A stretch of 63,909 bases of DNA, the filler included, from Lama guanicoe (taxonomy: Eukaryota): NCBI GenBank assembly GCA_013239625.1. It is 76 parts of 75 records of this genome, joined end to end, with 100 filler letters (N's around TTAATTAATTAA, not from the genome) between each part and the next. Parts side by side here need not be neighbours in the genome. Positions count along the whole stretch, not along the records: positions 1 to 837 come from MU053895.1; positions 938 to 1,702 come from MU053899.1; positions 1,803 to 2,561 come from PNXV01004290.1; positions 2,662 to 3,513 come from PNXV01004296.1; positions 3,614 to 4,480 come from PNXV01004299.1; positions 4,581 to 5,678 come from MU053901.1; positions 5,779 to 6,226 come from PNXV01004303.1; positions 6,327 to 6,832 come from PNXV01004304.1; 68 more parts are not named here. One strand, 5' to 3'. The position numbers were made by a program, and so were the translations under genes. Of the stretch, positions 1 through 12,833 are shown piece after piece (the stretch's first letter is position 1; every line of letters starts with the position of its first letter). A model generated the notes under the pieces. The model made no database searches. It saw nothing but the letters and a program-made list of their open reading frames with translations, and was not told the origin of the DNA.

Positions 1-495
1 TGCCCAATTTTGGATTGTGTTGTTTATTTTTTCTTATTCAGTAGGATGATCTGCTTATATACTCTGAAGATCAAGCCTTTATCGATTTCATATGCAAATT
101 TTTTTCCCATTCCGTAGGTTGTCTTTCTGTTTCACTTCCGGTTTCTGTACTGTGCAGAAGCTTGTAAGTTTCATTATGTCTCATTTGTTTATTCTTGTTT
201 GCATTTCTTCTACAAGAAGATTTTCNNNNNNNNNNNNNNNNNNNNNNNNNNNNNNNNNNNNNNNNNNNNNNNNNNNNNNNNNNNNNNNNNNNNNNNNNNN
301 NNNNNNNNNNNNNNNNNNNNNNNNNNNNNNNNNNNNNNNNNNNNNNNNNNNNNNNGCTTCATTAATTGCTGTTGTCTAGTTTTCCCAACACCATTTGCTG
401 AAGAGACTGTCCCAATTCCATTGTATTTTCTTGCCTACTTTGTCAAAGATTAATTGACCAAAAGTTTCTGTGTTCATTTCTGCACTCTCTATTCT
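1..495 (-). mobile_element. LINE-1 ORF2 3' region fragment
   Basis: 1-225 is the reverse complement of the L1 at about 24230-24440 (cagaagcttgtaagtttc, ttttggattg). 'ccaacaccatttgctgaagagactgtcc' is the antisense of the L1 ORF2 'SLFxKWCW' region. Confidence 0.9.
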
Positions 496-837
496 CTCAA
501 AATACAAAAAAAACTAGTTTTAAGTAGATCTAGATATAGAAATATTTTCAAACTTTCACACTTCAAAGAAAATGTTTTAGTTCTCCTCGACTCCTTATCC
601 TATGCTCCCCTGTTTATTCATGCTTCTATTATAGAACTATTTTATATTAATACAACTCTTTATATTCACTCACCCAACAGATACTTATTGCTCACCTCTT
701 ATGTCCCAGGCAATGTGCTAGGTTCTAGAGAGAAAAAGATGAACTAAAAATAAGGTGCTCACCCTAGATGAGCTTCAGCAGGTTTGACTGCTGTGGCTAG
801 GACTTCCAAGATTATATTGAGCTGGAGTGGTGATTGT

Positions 838-937
838 NNNNNNNNNNNNNNNNNNNNNNNNNNNNNNNNNNNNNNNNNNNNTTAATTAATTAANNNNNNN
901 NNNNNNNNNNNNNNNNNNNNNNNNNNNNNNNNNNNNN
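838..937. other. Artificial scaffold-joining linker (N44-TTAATTAATTAA-N44); first of about 75 copies, last at 62630-62729
   Basis: An identical 12-mer with stops in all six frames, centred in 100 bp of N, recurs about every 0.4-1.7 kb and separates unrelated sequences. Confidence 0.98.
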
Positions 938-1164
938 AAGGGACAGGTGGAATGCGGAGAGGTGGGGCCCAGAGGGGGTCTGGAGTTTTTGCACAGTGCT
1001 GCTTCCCTGCGTTTCTGCATCCGGTCCCATCAGTGCACTAAGTCAGCCTTCCTCTTCCTTCCTGTGTCATCGGGTCTCTGTTTTAAGGGAAAACCATTTT
1101 TATGGGTCTTTTTTCACTTACGTGTTTCATTCAGATGCTTGTTGCTTTTCTCCCTGTGCTTCAG

Positions 1165-1352
1165 CGTTCCGAGGAGAGAATTCAGCCGTGCAGCATCCTC
1201 TCCGAGCTCTACGAGTTGATCGGCTTCCACTGCAAGTCCACCTTCTTCAAGCTGGTGGCCCCTGTGCGGCACTCGGCCCCCGGCATCCCAGAGCCTGGCG
1301 GAAAGGCTTGCTCCCGACTCCTCCTGCAGACGCTTCCTGGCTACAGTCTGTC
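1165..1352 (+). pseudogene. TRAPPC9: Diverged TRAPPC9 (NIBP) internal exon, probably a duplicated unprocessed copy; 3' end lost in a gap
   Basis: After the acceptor ttttctccctgtgcttcag it translates [62 protein letters not shown]. This matches recalled TRAPPC9 [63 protein letters not shown]. No stop is seen; pseudogene status is inferred from divergence only. Confidence 0.8.
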
Positions 1353-2230
1353 NNNNNNNNNNNNNNNNNNNNNNNNNNNNNNNNNNNNNNNNNNNNNNNN
1401 NNNNNNNNNNNNNNNNNNNNNNNNGGCCCTGCTGTCCTGCCTCATCAGGGTGAATTTTGATTCATTTAGAACAGGGCTCAGCAGACTTTTCCTTTCAAGG
1501 GCTTGGGGGTAAATATTTCAGGGTCTGAAAACCTCCTGATCTCTGGTGCAGCTGCTCAGCTTTGCTGTTTAGATGCCAGAACAGCCAGACAGTCCACACA
1601 CCCATAGAGCTTTATTAACAGCGGTGGCTGGGGTTGGATTGGGTGTATGAACAGCAGTTTGTCCCCACAGCCTCCTCAATATTGACACCTGCACCAGAGT
1701 GTNNNNNNNNNNNNNNNNNNNNNNNNNNNNNNNNNNNNNNNNNNNNTTAATTAATTAANNNNNNNNNNNNNNNNNNNNNNNNNNNNNNNNNNNNNNNNNN
1801 NNGACCACAAACTCCTGGCAGAATAGCACAGCTAGTCCTTGATTGAGAAGACGTGTTTTGAATGAATCAGCGAACATCCATTCGGAAAAAGGCCTCCAGA
1901 GTCCTGTGGATCAAGATACTGGACCGCAAACACATCTCTTCCAAGGTCTTATTCAAATAACCAGAAAGGTTTTAAAGGAAAGTAGCAATAATCATAGTTC
2001 TATTTATTGACATTACTATATGCTAGGAATTCAGAGGTGACCATGTAGTTGCCTCCTCTTTTATGGAATTTACTTTCTCTTTGGGGAGACAAAATGTCAT
2101 AGTTGGGTATCTTGGTGGAGGGAGGTGTTAGTCTGTTGAAATTAGCCAGGAGAGGAGAATAAGAAAACAGTGAAGGGTGGGTGAAATTTTTAGCTGAGGA
2201 CAGTCTTGTTCACTTGGCTTTTAATTGCAG

Positions 2231-2363
2231 GCTCAATGAGCTGTCACTGGAGGGAATAGATCTTACGGAGGATGGACTTAGCTCAGGCCTCAAAGTGAAC
2301 CCGGAGAAAAACAATCAAATCTTTGCAGACATTATAGTTCACTTGAACGTGCTCCATCCCTGA
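2231..2363 (+). CDS. Candidate terminal coding exon, unidentified
   Basis: Acceptor ctttttaattgcag followed by the open frame (R)LNELSLEGIDLTEDGLSSGLKVNPEKNNQIFADIIVHLNVLHP*, which has protein-like composition. Confidence 0.35.
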
Positions 2364-3613
2364 GCCAAAGATAGGACAAATATGCAGCACTTCTTGAGGA
2401 CAGAGGAGTGGTTTTTAAGGTTCTCAGAGAATGAATCCCAGGGAACCGAGATGGCCAGTTGTCAAACTGGGACATTGCTCTTTGGACAGTGTACCCAGTA
2501 AGGGTATTGGCCTTTATATGTTTCCATTTCTCTTTAATACATGTCTGTTGATGAGGACGTGNNNNNNNNNNNNNNNNNNNNNNNNNNNNNNNNNNNNNNN
2601 NNNNNTTAATTAATTAANNNNNNNNNNNNNNNNNNNNNNNNNNNNNNNNNNNNNNNNNNNNGCTTCTAACTCGGTCACCGGCATTCTTACACTGCAGGGG
2701 AAACGGAGGCACTCAGTCAAGAGCAGAGATGTTTCTATCGTGTATCACAGGCCGTGCCTCTGGGACTAAGTGCCCTGCAGCAGCCCGGCCTCAGGTGAGG
2801 ACCCGCAGCGTGGCCCACCCAAGCAGGAGGGGCACTGTGCTTGAGAAAGCCCATCCCCGATGGGGGCAAGAGGGGCTGGTGGGGTTCAGTGAACCTGTAA
2901 TTGCCCACAGAAATATGCCTGCATTCATTCAAGTGATACAAACAACAGTAGCAGTCTATTTAACAAAATTTCAATTGACAGTGGAAATTTTGCCATTCCT
3001 TTCCGCTTGTCTCCTGCACTCTGAGACAGGCTTAAGCTCTCTCACACCTGCAGCTCTGATGCAATAGTTGTGAAGTTATTTTACTTTGCTGCAAGTGTTT
3101 TCACTACCCGTGTCGCTGTGACTGTCGTCTCTTAACACAGTCAGATGTCTTCCTAGATATCTCCATGAGTAATCTCTCCCTGAGTTCCATGCTCCTCCTC
3201 CTCAGATCCTGAGATAAAGGACAAGTGAAGACACATGACCAGAAAAGGTACTGTGAACTTGAACGAAGTCCTCAGTGACCCCCTAGGTGAGTGCTGCCCA
3301 CCTCTTACCTTTGATTCTCAAGGTTCAGCCCAGTGTGACATCTAGCCCAGAGAGGTGGCCCAGGCCAATTAAAAGCTATGTGGCTTGGGTGCGGGGACAC
3401 ATACAGGAGCTGGTTCCGGAGCCAGGCCCCTCACCACCTCTGCTCCTCTCTCTTGTGTGGCCCTGCTGCCAACAACTCAGGTTCCGTGATCTTATGTCCT
3501 ACTCTTCTACTCTNNNNNNNNNNNNNNNNNNNNNNNNNNNNNNNNNNNNNNNNNNNNTTAATTAATTAANNNNNNNNNNNNNNNNNNNNNNNNNNNNNNN
3601 NNNNNNNNNNNNN

Positions 3614-4480
3614 TAGAAAATAGAATGTAGAACACAGAATATAGAAAATAGAAAAGAGGATATACAACCCAGAATTTAGAACATGGATTGCAGAACACAG
3701 AATTTAGAATATAGTATACAGAATACTTAATAAACAGTTTAAAAATTCAATGCAGAACACAGAATTAACAATATAGAATACAGAATACTGAATATAGAAT
3801 TGAGAATATAGAAAGTAGAACACAGAATTTAGAATGTAGAATACAGAAAGCTGACTAAAGTATTTAGAATATAGAAAGCAGAACTCAAAATATATAATAT
3901 AGAATATAGTTTATGGAACCCAGAATTTATAACATGGAATGCAGAACACAGAATTAACAATATAGAATACAGAATACTGAATATATAATTTAGAATATTG
4001 AATGAAAACACAGAATTCAGAATATAGAATAAAGAATACTGAATATAGAATTGAGAATATAGAAAGTAGAACACAGAATTTAGAATGTAGAATACAGAAA
4101 GCTGACTAAAGTATTTAGAATAAAGAAAGCAGAACTCAGAATATAGAATATAGAATATAGTTTATGGAACCCAGAATTTATAACATGGAATGCAGAACTC
4201 AGAATTTATATTATAGAATACATTATACTGAATATAAAATTTAGAATATAGAATGTAGAACACAAAATTTAGAATATAGAATACATAATGATGAATATAG
4301 AATTAAGAGCATGGAATGCAGAACACAGAATTTAGCATATAGAATACAGAATACTGAATATAGAGTTTAGATTTACAATATGTAGAAAACAGAATAAAGA
4401 ATATAGAATAAAAACCATAGAACCCAGAATGTTGAACATGGAAAGCAGAACACAGAATTTAGATTATAGAATACATAATA
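3614..4480 (+). repeat. AT-rich heptamer satellite (AGAATAT variants)
   Basis: Tandem 7-mers AGAATAT/AGAATAC/AGAACAC/AGAATTT/GGAATGC. The marker ctgactaaag recurs at 3851 and 4102 (251 bp apart). Confidence 0.95.
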
Positions 4481-6326
4481 NNNNNNNNNNNNNNNNNNNN
4501 NNNNNNNNNNNNNNNNNNNNNNNNTTAATTAATTAANNNNNNNNNNNNNNNNNNNNNNNNNNNNNNNNNNNNNNNNNNNNCTGCTACGGAAAGGCAAGAC
4601 ATTAATTTTGTTCCTACTTGCATTACACAAAAATTAGGGACTGGCTTTCTCCATGTCTTGTCAAGCACTAACTTGCAGAAGAAGAGGCGACAGCCCATTT
4701 CTCACTGAGATTGTGACTGTACGTGGCATCTTATAGACAGAAATTTTTTACCCTGATCAAACACTCAAGCAGCAGGCTGTAATTCTCCTATTTTGAGAGA
4801 CAAGAAAACAGGAGTTGAAAGAGTGTATATAACTTGACAAAAGTCAGAGGACAAGTAAACTAAAGAGGATGAATTCAAACTCAGATCTGAATGCAGAGTC
4901 TAATCTTCCCACTCCCAGGGCTCGAAAATCCTTAACTTATAGGCTCCCCAGCACCCTTGCATTGTTCCCGGCACCAAGCATTTCCCATGGCGATGGTCTC
5001 CAGCTCTCAGACACAGCACTTTGTGCAGCCAATAACCTCCATTCGACCTTGATCATCTACCTGCCTCGCCCAACAGGCTTCACAATACAGGCAGGAAAGC
5101 TGGCTTTCAAGTGCATACAAAGCCACCCCTGTTCTGACCTGGCCTCTTCAGTGGCTTTTCCAGCATAAAGGCAGCCATAAAACTGCCCACAGTTTGTACA
5201 TGAGCCACATTACCTCTCTCCTTGTGTCTCCCCACCTATACTACTTAGCTGTGACCATTTTGATAATGTTGGAAACAAATTTTTAAAAACAGAAAAGAAA
5301 GGATTCTGGAACAAGTACTTAATACTTACAATTTTAAATGACAAGTTACAAAGTGAGTGTTTACAAACCGAATCTGCCTTCCTAAGTGTCAGTTNNNNNN
5401 NNNNNNNNNNNNNNNNNNNNNNNNNNNNNNNNNNNNNNNNNNNNNNNNNNNNNNNNNNNNNNNNNNNNNNNNNNNNNNNNNNNNNNNNNNNNNNNNNNNN
5501 NNNNNNNNNNNNNNNNNNNNNNNNNNNNNNNNNNNNNNNNNNNNNNNNNNNNNNNNNNNNNNATTTTATGGAGCAGAGCAGTTTTGATGTACGTTCTACT
5601 AAAGATAATTCAAAACGTACTAAAAAATGCCATGACAACACTTATCTATTTTTTTTAACTTGAAAATAGTATTTTAGANNNNNNNNNNNNNNNNNNNNNN
5701 NNNNNNNNNNNNNNNNNNNNNNTTAATTAATTAANNNNNNNNNNNNNNNNNNNNNNNNNNNNNNNNNNNNNNNNNNNNAATGGATCAACTTTTGTTTAAT
5801 CCCCACTCACCACCCACCCCTGCACTCGCACACCCCATGACTTGCCCCATCCTCCCATCTTACAGCTGAAAAACCTCCCATTTATAATTGAAAGATACAT
5901 ACATGTTCAATAAACTAAAAGTTGATGATTCTCATTTATTTTATCTCTAAGGCAGTCAATAAATAATTCATGGAAAATTTAACATCAAGAAACTAACGTC
6001 ACATATCAAAACTTATTAGCAAATATTATAAAAGGACATCCTTCATGCTTAAAATATCAGCAGAAAATATAAGGGAAGTATCCATCTAGTGAAAATGTAT
6101 GCAAAGAACAAATAACCGAACTGAGTATTTAAAGGAAGTAGAGAAACAGGAAACACATGCATTGAGCACTTTCTATAGCCTGAGTGTCAGCTAAGTTCTT
6201 CCATTTCTCATTACCCTCTGAAATAGNNNNNNNNNNNNNNNNNNNNNNNNNNNNNNNNNNNNNNNNNNNNTTAATTAATTAANNNNNNNNNNNNNNNNNN
6301 NNNNNNNNNNNNNNNNNNNNNNNNNN

Positions 6327-6832
6327 ATTTAAGTGAGGGAGCTTCTTGTTGCTTTGTGACAGCTCTTTGTATGTTTTGAAAATTAACTTCTTGACTACAT
6401 CAACATGTATCACAGAGCTTTTTCTTGTCATTTCTTGCCTTTCATTTTGTTCAGGAAGTTTTTTTATTTTTGTTGTGGCTCAAAATATTCTTCAGATATT
6501 AAATGACTTCCTTATGGGTTTTATCTTTGACATTATTCTTAGAAATACTTTCTTATAATGGACTACATCTCTTCTGTAGGGTTTTGTAGTCTCTAAGATG
6601 GAGATGATAATAGTGCTTGTTAATGTAAGGGTAAGTTGAGTTAATAAGAGCAAAGTGTTGTATTTGCTGTTATTAGTAATTGTTAATATTTACATGCAAT
6701 TTATCTTGTGGTCATTATGACAGGAATAGAATTTCTTCTTTCCAGGTGATTCCCTGATCGTCCCAGGACAAATATTGAAGTCGTACTTTGCTCTTTGATT
6801 TGAAATCCCACCTGTACAAAATACTTATATAC
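6327..6832 (+). repeat. Multicopy non-satellite segment, paralogue of 59784-60059
   Basis: Colinear sharing of ttttatctttgacattattctt ... tctctaagatggagatgat ... gggtaagttgagttaataaga ... ttctttccaggtg. Confidence 0.9.
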
Positions 6833-9245
6833 NNNNNNNNNNNNNNNNNNNNNNNNNNNNNNNNNNNNNNNNNNNNTTAATTAATTAANNNNNNNNNNNN
6901 NNNNNNNNNNNNNNNNNNNNNNNNNNNNNNNNAGAATAAATTACTAAAAACAATTAATCCTTTAAAAGAGATCATCAAATAAATCAGACTATAAAACTAA
7001 ACCCCACACATTGCTGCCAGCAATGGGAAGTAACTGTTTTGGAATTTTTTTTTAAAAAGGAAAAACACAAAGTTAGTAGAGAGTAATACTAATATTAGAG
7101 AAATAAAGAGTCATCATTAAAATCCTATTGCCTCTTTGAAATCAGCTCTGGGAGCTAAGGAAAGATGTTCCTGGACATAAACCGCCCCCAAGTTGCCTTC
7201 CTCTGTTGAGGAAGCTAACCTGGCTATGGTAGACACATCCATTAGGCATCTCAGTGGAAGATGTCTGAAACTGCTAAAAGCTAGTTTTCAGAAGAAGATA
7301 AAATCACGACTCACTTGCAGATTTAAAAAAAATGAACATATGTTAAAGATTTGATGTTTCTCATACGAGACAATCAGGTAGATATTATGAACCGTTCAAA
7401 GGAAAAGTAAAATAAAAACAGACACATTTACACGGAATAGCAAAAAATGGCAACTGTTTTTACCACAGTGGGAAAGGAAGTCAATGGAAACTCTAGTGGA
7501 AAAGAGAGTTTGCCTGTTAATCATTTACCTACAATTTACAAAGAGGTGTAAGACAATGAACAAGACTAGAATTGGAAACATCAGAAGGGCGTGCTGTAAT
7601 CCACGCATACTTCTGCACTGAAGTACAAGCTTACACGTATTATATTTTTAGATCCTCAACTACTCATTGAGGTCTGAGGAACAGTAACTGTTNNNNNNNN
7701 NNNNNNNNNNNNNNNNNNNNNNNNNNNNNNNNNNNNTTAATTAATTAANNNNNNNNNNNNNNNNNNNNNNNNNNNNNNNNNNNNNNNNNNNNTATATACT
7801 TTCACATATGTTATGAGTTCTACCTTTTAGAGCCAAACTCAGTCAATCGATCAGTCAATCAGTCAGTCATGTAGCATCACTGAGAAGTTTCAGGGCCACC
7901 ATGCTGAAGCTCTAATACTATGCATTCTACATCCAGGTTTCCTCAATCCTCTCCTCACCTGGTGCCACTCTCTCTGTCCCTCTGATTTATCAGCTCTCCA
8001 ATCCCACCTATACAATCAATGGAGCTGTCAGTTGAACACCATGCTCTAAATATGCTCTACCCAACAGAATAAGCAGCGGTTGGACTAATCAAGTCCATTA
8101 ACTCCTAATCAGATGGAACCTGAAAGCACGTCTGCTTCCTGGCAGATAGAATGAGCGTCAGTCAAGGAAACCCCCAAAACCTGTTTCATGCAAATTGTTA
8201 ACTTTCCTCAAACCCCTGCTTGCTGTCCAGAGTGTCATTTTTACCTGAAAAATATCATCTTACTAATTTACTCCCGTGTTTTCAGTCTTCATTTCCTCAT
8301 CCACCCATTGACTATCCTTCCTAGCTTCATGTTAAATGAAACCATTTGTTAAAGTCCCATTGATTTATTAAAAGTATTTATTGAACCACTAACCTTAATA
8401 GATATGATAGTTAATAAGATATTCATGGATTCTGTCTTTGAAAAGATTATACCTACTGATGGACACATGCAGGTTAATAAGCTAGACTTTTTTTTTTATC
8501 TCTTAAGTGCTATACAAGGGGAATTATCTATCTGCCATTTAAGATTTAAGTAGGAAAAAAAAGACACTGAGAGGGGGTGCTAAGTGTTAAGTCTTTTACA
8601 AATGTTAATTTCTTGGTTAAGATATGTGCAATATCACNNNNNNNNNNNNNNNNNNNNNNNNNNNNNNNNNNNNNNNNNNNNTTAATTAATTAANNNNNNN
8701 NNNNNNNNNNNNNNNNNNNNNNNNNNNNNNNNNNNNNTAGCGCAGGTGCCTGTGCGACACTGACTCACCAGACGTGTCTGCGATGCAGGGGATAGCTCCT
8801 CTACGCCTTAGGACATGAAACTCCTCCCCCACGAAGTACAAGTGAACCTTCCATGGAGACTCTTCTTTGTGGGGGAAACATGCTTCTTTTCTGACCCTAT
8901 GCAGCACTTCTATCAAGCGCTCATTTGAAATCACATGCCCTTAACCCCACCTCCAGTAACAAAAGAGGAAACACGTGGCTGCTTTGGGTTTTTGTCATCT
9001 TAGTGCTATGTCCTGACTATAACCAAAAGGAAATGGCTGTGTCACAGGATAAATGGGATAATAAACATCTGGTGATGTGGCTAGTCATGTGACAAGAAGA
9101 GCTCAGACCACTGTCCATCCATAAATGGCTGGTAGTATAGTACAAATCCTTATATCAATATTAACTTTTCAACTTAAATAAAGGTTAAACGTGAATGTGG
9201 ACATGTTTGTCAGCTATTCTGCAGGAAATCATGTCCAGCACAATT

Positions 9246-9800
9246 TTATTTTTAACATTTTTTATTGAGTAATAGTCATTTTACAATATTGTGTCAAATT
9301 CCANNNNNNNNNNNNNNNNNNNNNNNNNNNNNNNNNNNNNNNNNNNNNNNNNNNNNNNNNNNNNNNNNNNNNNNNNNNNNNNNNNNNNNNNNNNNNNNNN
9401 NNNNNNNNNNNNNNNNNNNNNNNNNNNNNNNNNNNNNNNNNNNNNNNNNNNNNNNNNNNNNNNNNNNNNNNNNNNNNNNNNNNNNNNNNNNNNNNNNNNN
9501 NNNNNNNNNNNNNNNNNNNNNNNNNNNNNNNNNNNNNNNNNNNNNNNNNTTTTTTTTTAGATTCCACATATGAGTGATCTCATATGGTATTTTTCTTTCT
9601 CTTTCTGCCTTACTTCACTTAGAATGACATTCTCCAGGAACATCAATGTTGCTGCAAATGACGTTATGTTGTCATTTTTAATGGCTGAATAGTATTCCAT
9701 TGTATAAATATATCACAGCATCTTTACCCAGTCATCTGTTTATGGACATTAAGGCTGTTTCCATGTCTTGCATATTGTAAATAGTGCTGCTATGAACATT
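9246..9800 (-). mobile_element. Young LINE-1 3' end, camelid-type 3' UTR
   Basis: T-rich tail followed by aacattttttattgagtaatagtcattttacaatattgtgtcaaattcca, then ttagattccacatatgagtgat...ttcacttagaatgac...atggctgaatagtattccattgt. Confidence 0.9.
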
Positions 9801-9900
9801 NNNNNNNNNNNNNNNNNNNNNNNNNNNNNNNNNNNNNNNNNNNNTTAATTAATTAANNNNNNNNNNNNNNNNNNNNNNNNNNNNNNNNNNNNNNNNNNNN

Positions 9901-10444
9901 TCTATGTCATTTTGGAGTGATTCCAAAACAGCAAACTGAGAGTGCACTTTTGCTTTATAATGCCACGGGAATGTCCCAAAGAAACCAGTTGTTCCCAGAA
10001 ATTCGCTGTCTACAGAAACACCTGTGGAATCATATGTATGGATGTCACACTTCAGGGCCTGCTGGAAAGATCCCACAGACTGATCTTGGTGTCCTCGGTG
10101 CAGTACCGTGCCTGTGCCATTCAAAACGTAGCATCTGCTTTTGGGAAGGAAATACTCATCTTCTCACGCGGTGGACTTGGACCACTCTTCCTTGTCCTCT
10201 CATCCTTGTGGCACGGGTGCACGGAGGCAATCACAGAGTTGTTGTGCATCCTGTGCCTCAAACAAATCCATAATCCTAGCCCAGGTTATGAATGAAGAAG
10301 TTCCTAAGGCTTTTCATTCTGATATGAAACCCAAGGCCCCCTGGATCCCTCAGACCCGATGCACGAAATCTCTGATTCAGCCCCACACGTGCTCCATTGG
10401 CAAAATGTCCAATTGGTCTCTGGTCCTGCAGATGCACTGGGTGT
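9901..10444 (-). repeat. Amplified repeat family A (decayed L1 5' region), copy 1
   Basis: Reverse-complement match to 23130-23670 and 51304-51654; overlaps 14445-14631 in the same orientation. Confidence 0.9.
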
Positions 10445-10544
10445 NNNNNNNNNNNNNNNNNNNNNNNNNNNNNNNNNNNNNNNNNNNNTTAATTAATTAA
10501 NNNNNNNNNNNNNNNNNNNNNNNNNNNNNNNNNNNNNNNNNNNN

Positions 10545-11079
10545 CTTTGAGCGAATTCTCACCAATACACATGTAAATTACATTGTTTACATAGCCATGG
10601 CATTCCGTATTCCGACCATGATTCATGCATCACCAATTCCGCAAATTGCATTTCTGAGCTGTGAACATGCACATGACAGATATTTCAACCACCAAACAAG
10701 TTACTTATGCACTTTGAAATAGTTCCTTGGACTTCGTTGCTTCTCCTATCACCAGTTTCAAATCAAGAACCACACTTTGATCCCAGAAAAACCCTCTTGG
10801 AGCGAATTCTACCCTAGAGATATGCAACTTGAATAGATTCCTTCAACATGATATTCCGTGTTCCGTACATGTTACATGCATGACGGATTCGACAAACATG
10901 CATTCCTGAGTTGTGAGCATGTGGATTACTGATTTTTCATCCTCTAGAAAAGGAATAATTTCATATAGACTCCTGTACACATTTTCACAAGTTTTCCCTA
11001 ACACAAGTTTCAAATTCGTGCTTTTTTCAGAGAAGTATACTTCTGGAGTTTATTCAACCTAATAGATATATAATTTACA
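10545..11079 (-). repeat. Highly diverged member of the ~249-bp satellite family
   Basis: gagcgaattct occurs at 10549 and 10800 (251 bp apart). tgagcatgtgga...ttcatcc...aaggaa and gtgttcc...gacggattcgaca align colinearly to the monomer seen in 29591-30385. Confidence 0.8.
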
Positions 11080-11179
11080 NNNNNNNNNNNNNNNNNNNNN
11101 NNNNNNNNNNNNNNNNNNNNNNNTTAATTAATTAANNNNNNNNNNNNNNNNNNNNNNNNNNNNNNNNNNNNNNNNNNNN

Positions 11180-12733
11180 GAATACAGAATACTGAATATA
11201 CAATTAAGAACATGGAATGCAGAACACAAAATTTAGAATAAAGTATATAGAACACTGAAAATAGAATATAGAATATGGAATGAAGAATGCAAAATTTACA
11301 GTATAGAAAAAAGGATACTGAATATAGATTTTAGAATATAGAATGTAGAACACAGAATACAGAATATAGAATACGGAATGCAAAATATATTATGTAGAGT
11401 ATTGAATTAAGAACACACAATATAGAATAGAGAATAGAGAAAATAGAACCAAGAATTTAGATTATGAAATGCAGTACACAGAATTTAGAATATAGAATAC
11501 AGAATACTGAATATAAAGTTAAGGATATTGAATTTAGAACAAAGAATATAGAATATAGAATACGGAATGCAGAATATAGAATACAGAATATAGAATATAG
11601 AACACAGAATATAGAATATGGAAAACAGAATACAGAACNNNNNNNNNNNNNNNNNNNNNNNNNNNNNNNNNNNNNNNNNNNNNNNNNNNNNNNNNNNNNN
11701 NNNNNNNNNNNNNNNNNNNNNNNNNNNNNNNNNNNNNNNNNNNNNNNNNNNNNNNNNNNNNNNNNNNNNNNNNNNNNNNNNNNNNNNNNNNNNNNNNNNN
11801 NNNNNNNNNNNNNNNNNNNNNNNNNNNNNNNNNNNNNNNNNNNNNNNNNNNNNNNNNNNNNNNNNNNNNNNNNNNNNNNNNNNNNNNNNNNNNNNNNNNN
11901 NNNNNNNNNNNNNNNNNNNNNNNNNNNNNNNNNNNNNNNNNNNNNNNNNNNNNNNNNNNNNNNNNNNNNNNNNNNNNNNNNNNNNNNNNNNNNNNNNNNN
12001 NNNNNNNNNNNNNNNNNNNNNNNNNNNNNNNNNNNNNNNNNNNNNNNNNNNNNNNNNNNNNNNNNNNNNNNNNNNNNNNNNNNNNNNNNNNNNNNNNNNN
12101 NNNNNNNNNNNNNNNNNNNNNNNNNNNNNNNNNNNNNNNNNNNNNNNNNNNNNNNNNNNNNNNNNNNNNNNNNNNNNNNNNNNNNNNNNNNNNNNNNNNN
12201 NNNNNNNNNNNNNNNNNNNNNNNNNNNNNNNNNNNNNNNNNNNNNNNNNNNNNNNNNNNNNNNNNNNNNNNNNNNNNNNNNNNNNNNNNNNNNNNNNNNN
12301 NNNNNNNNNNNNNNNNNNNNNNNNNNNNNNNNNNNNNNNNNNNNNNNNNNNNNNNNNNNNNNNNNNNNNNNNNNNNNNNNNNNNNNNNNNNNNNNNNNNN
12401 NNNNNNNNNNNNNNNNNNTGGAATACAGAATACTGAATATAGAATTTAGAACATGGAATTCAGAACACAGAATTTAGAATATAGAATGTAGAACACAGAA
12501 TACAGAATAGAGAATAGAGAACCGAGAATTTAGAACATGGAATGCAGAACACAGAATTAAGATTTTAGAATACAGAATACTGAATATAGAACATAGAATA
12601 TGCAATGTAGAACACAGAATATAGAATATAGAATATGGAATGCAGAATATAGAACACAGAATATACAATGTAGAACAAAGTATTTAGAATATGGATAACA
12701 AAATACAGAACCCAGAATTTAGAACATGGATTG
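11180..12733 (+). repeat. AT-rich heptamer satellite (internal gap)
   Basis: Same 7-mer vocabulary as 3614-4480. Confidence 0.95.
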
Positions 12734-12833
12734 NNNNNNNNNNNNNNNNNNNNNNNNNNNNNNNNNNNNNNNNNNNNTTAATTAATTAANNNNNNNNNNN
12801 NNNNNNNNNNNNNNNNNNNNNNNNNNNNNNNNN

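Noticed and set aside
3614..4480. Heptamer satellite as a heat-shock-element array for HSFY
   Set aside because: The nGAAn units are head-to-tail with 7-bp spacing rather than inverted pentamers, and co-occurrence with HSFY here is only due to concatenation.
7530..7612. Signal-peptide-like minus-strand frame MRGLQHALLMFPILVLFIVLHLFVNC before AG|GTAAAT
   Set aside because: It is too short, T-rich DNA readily gives hydrophobic peptides, and no gene is recognised.
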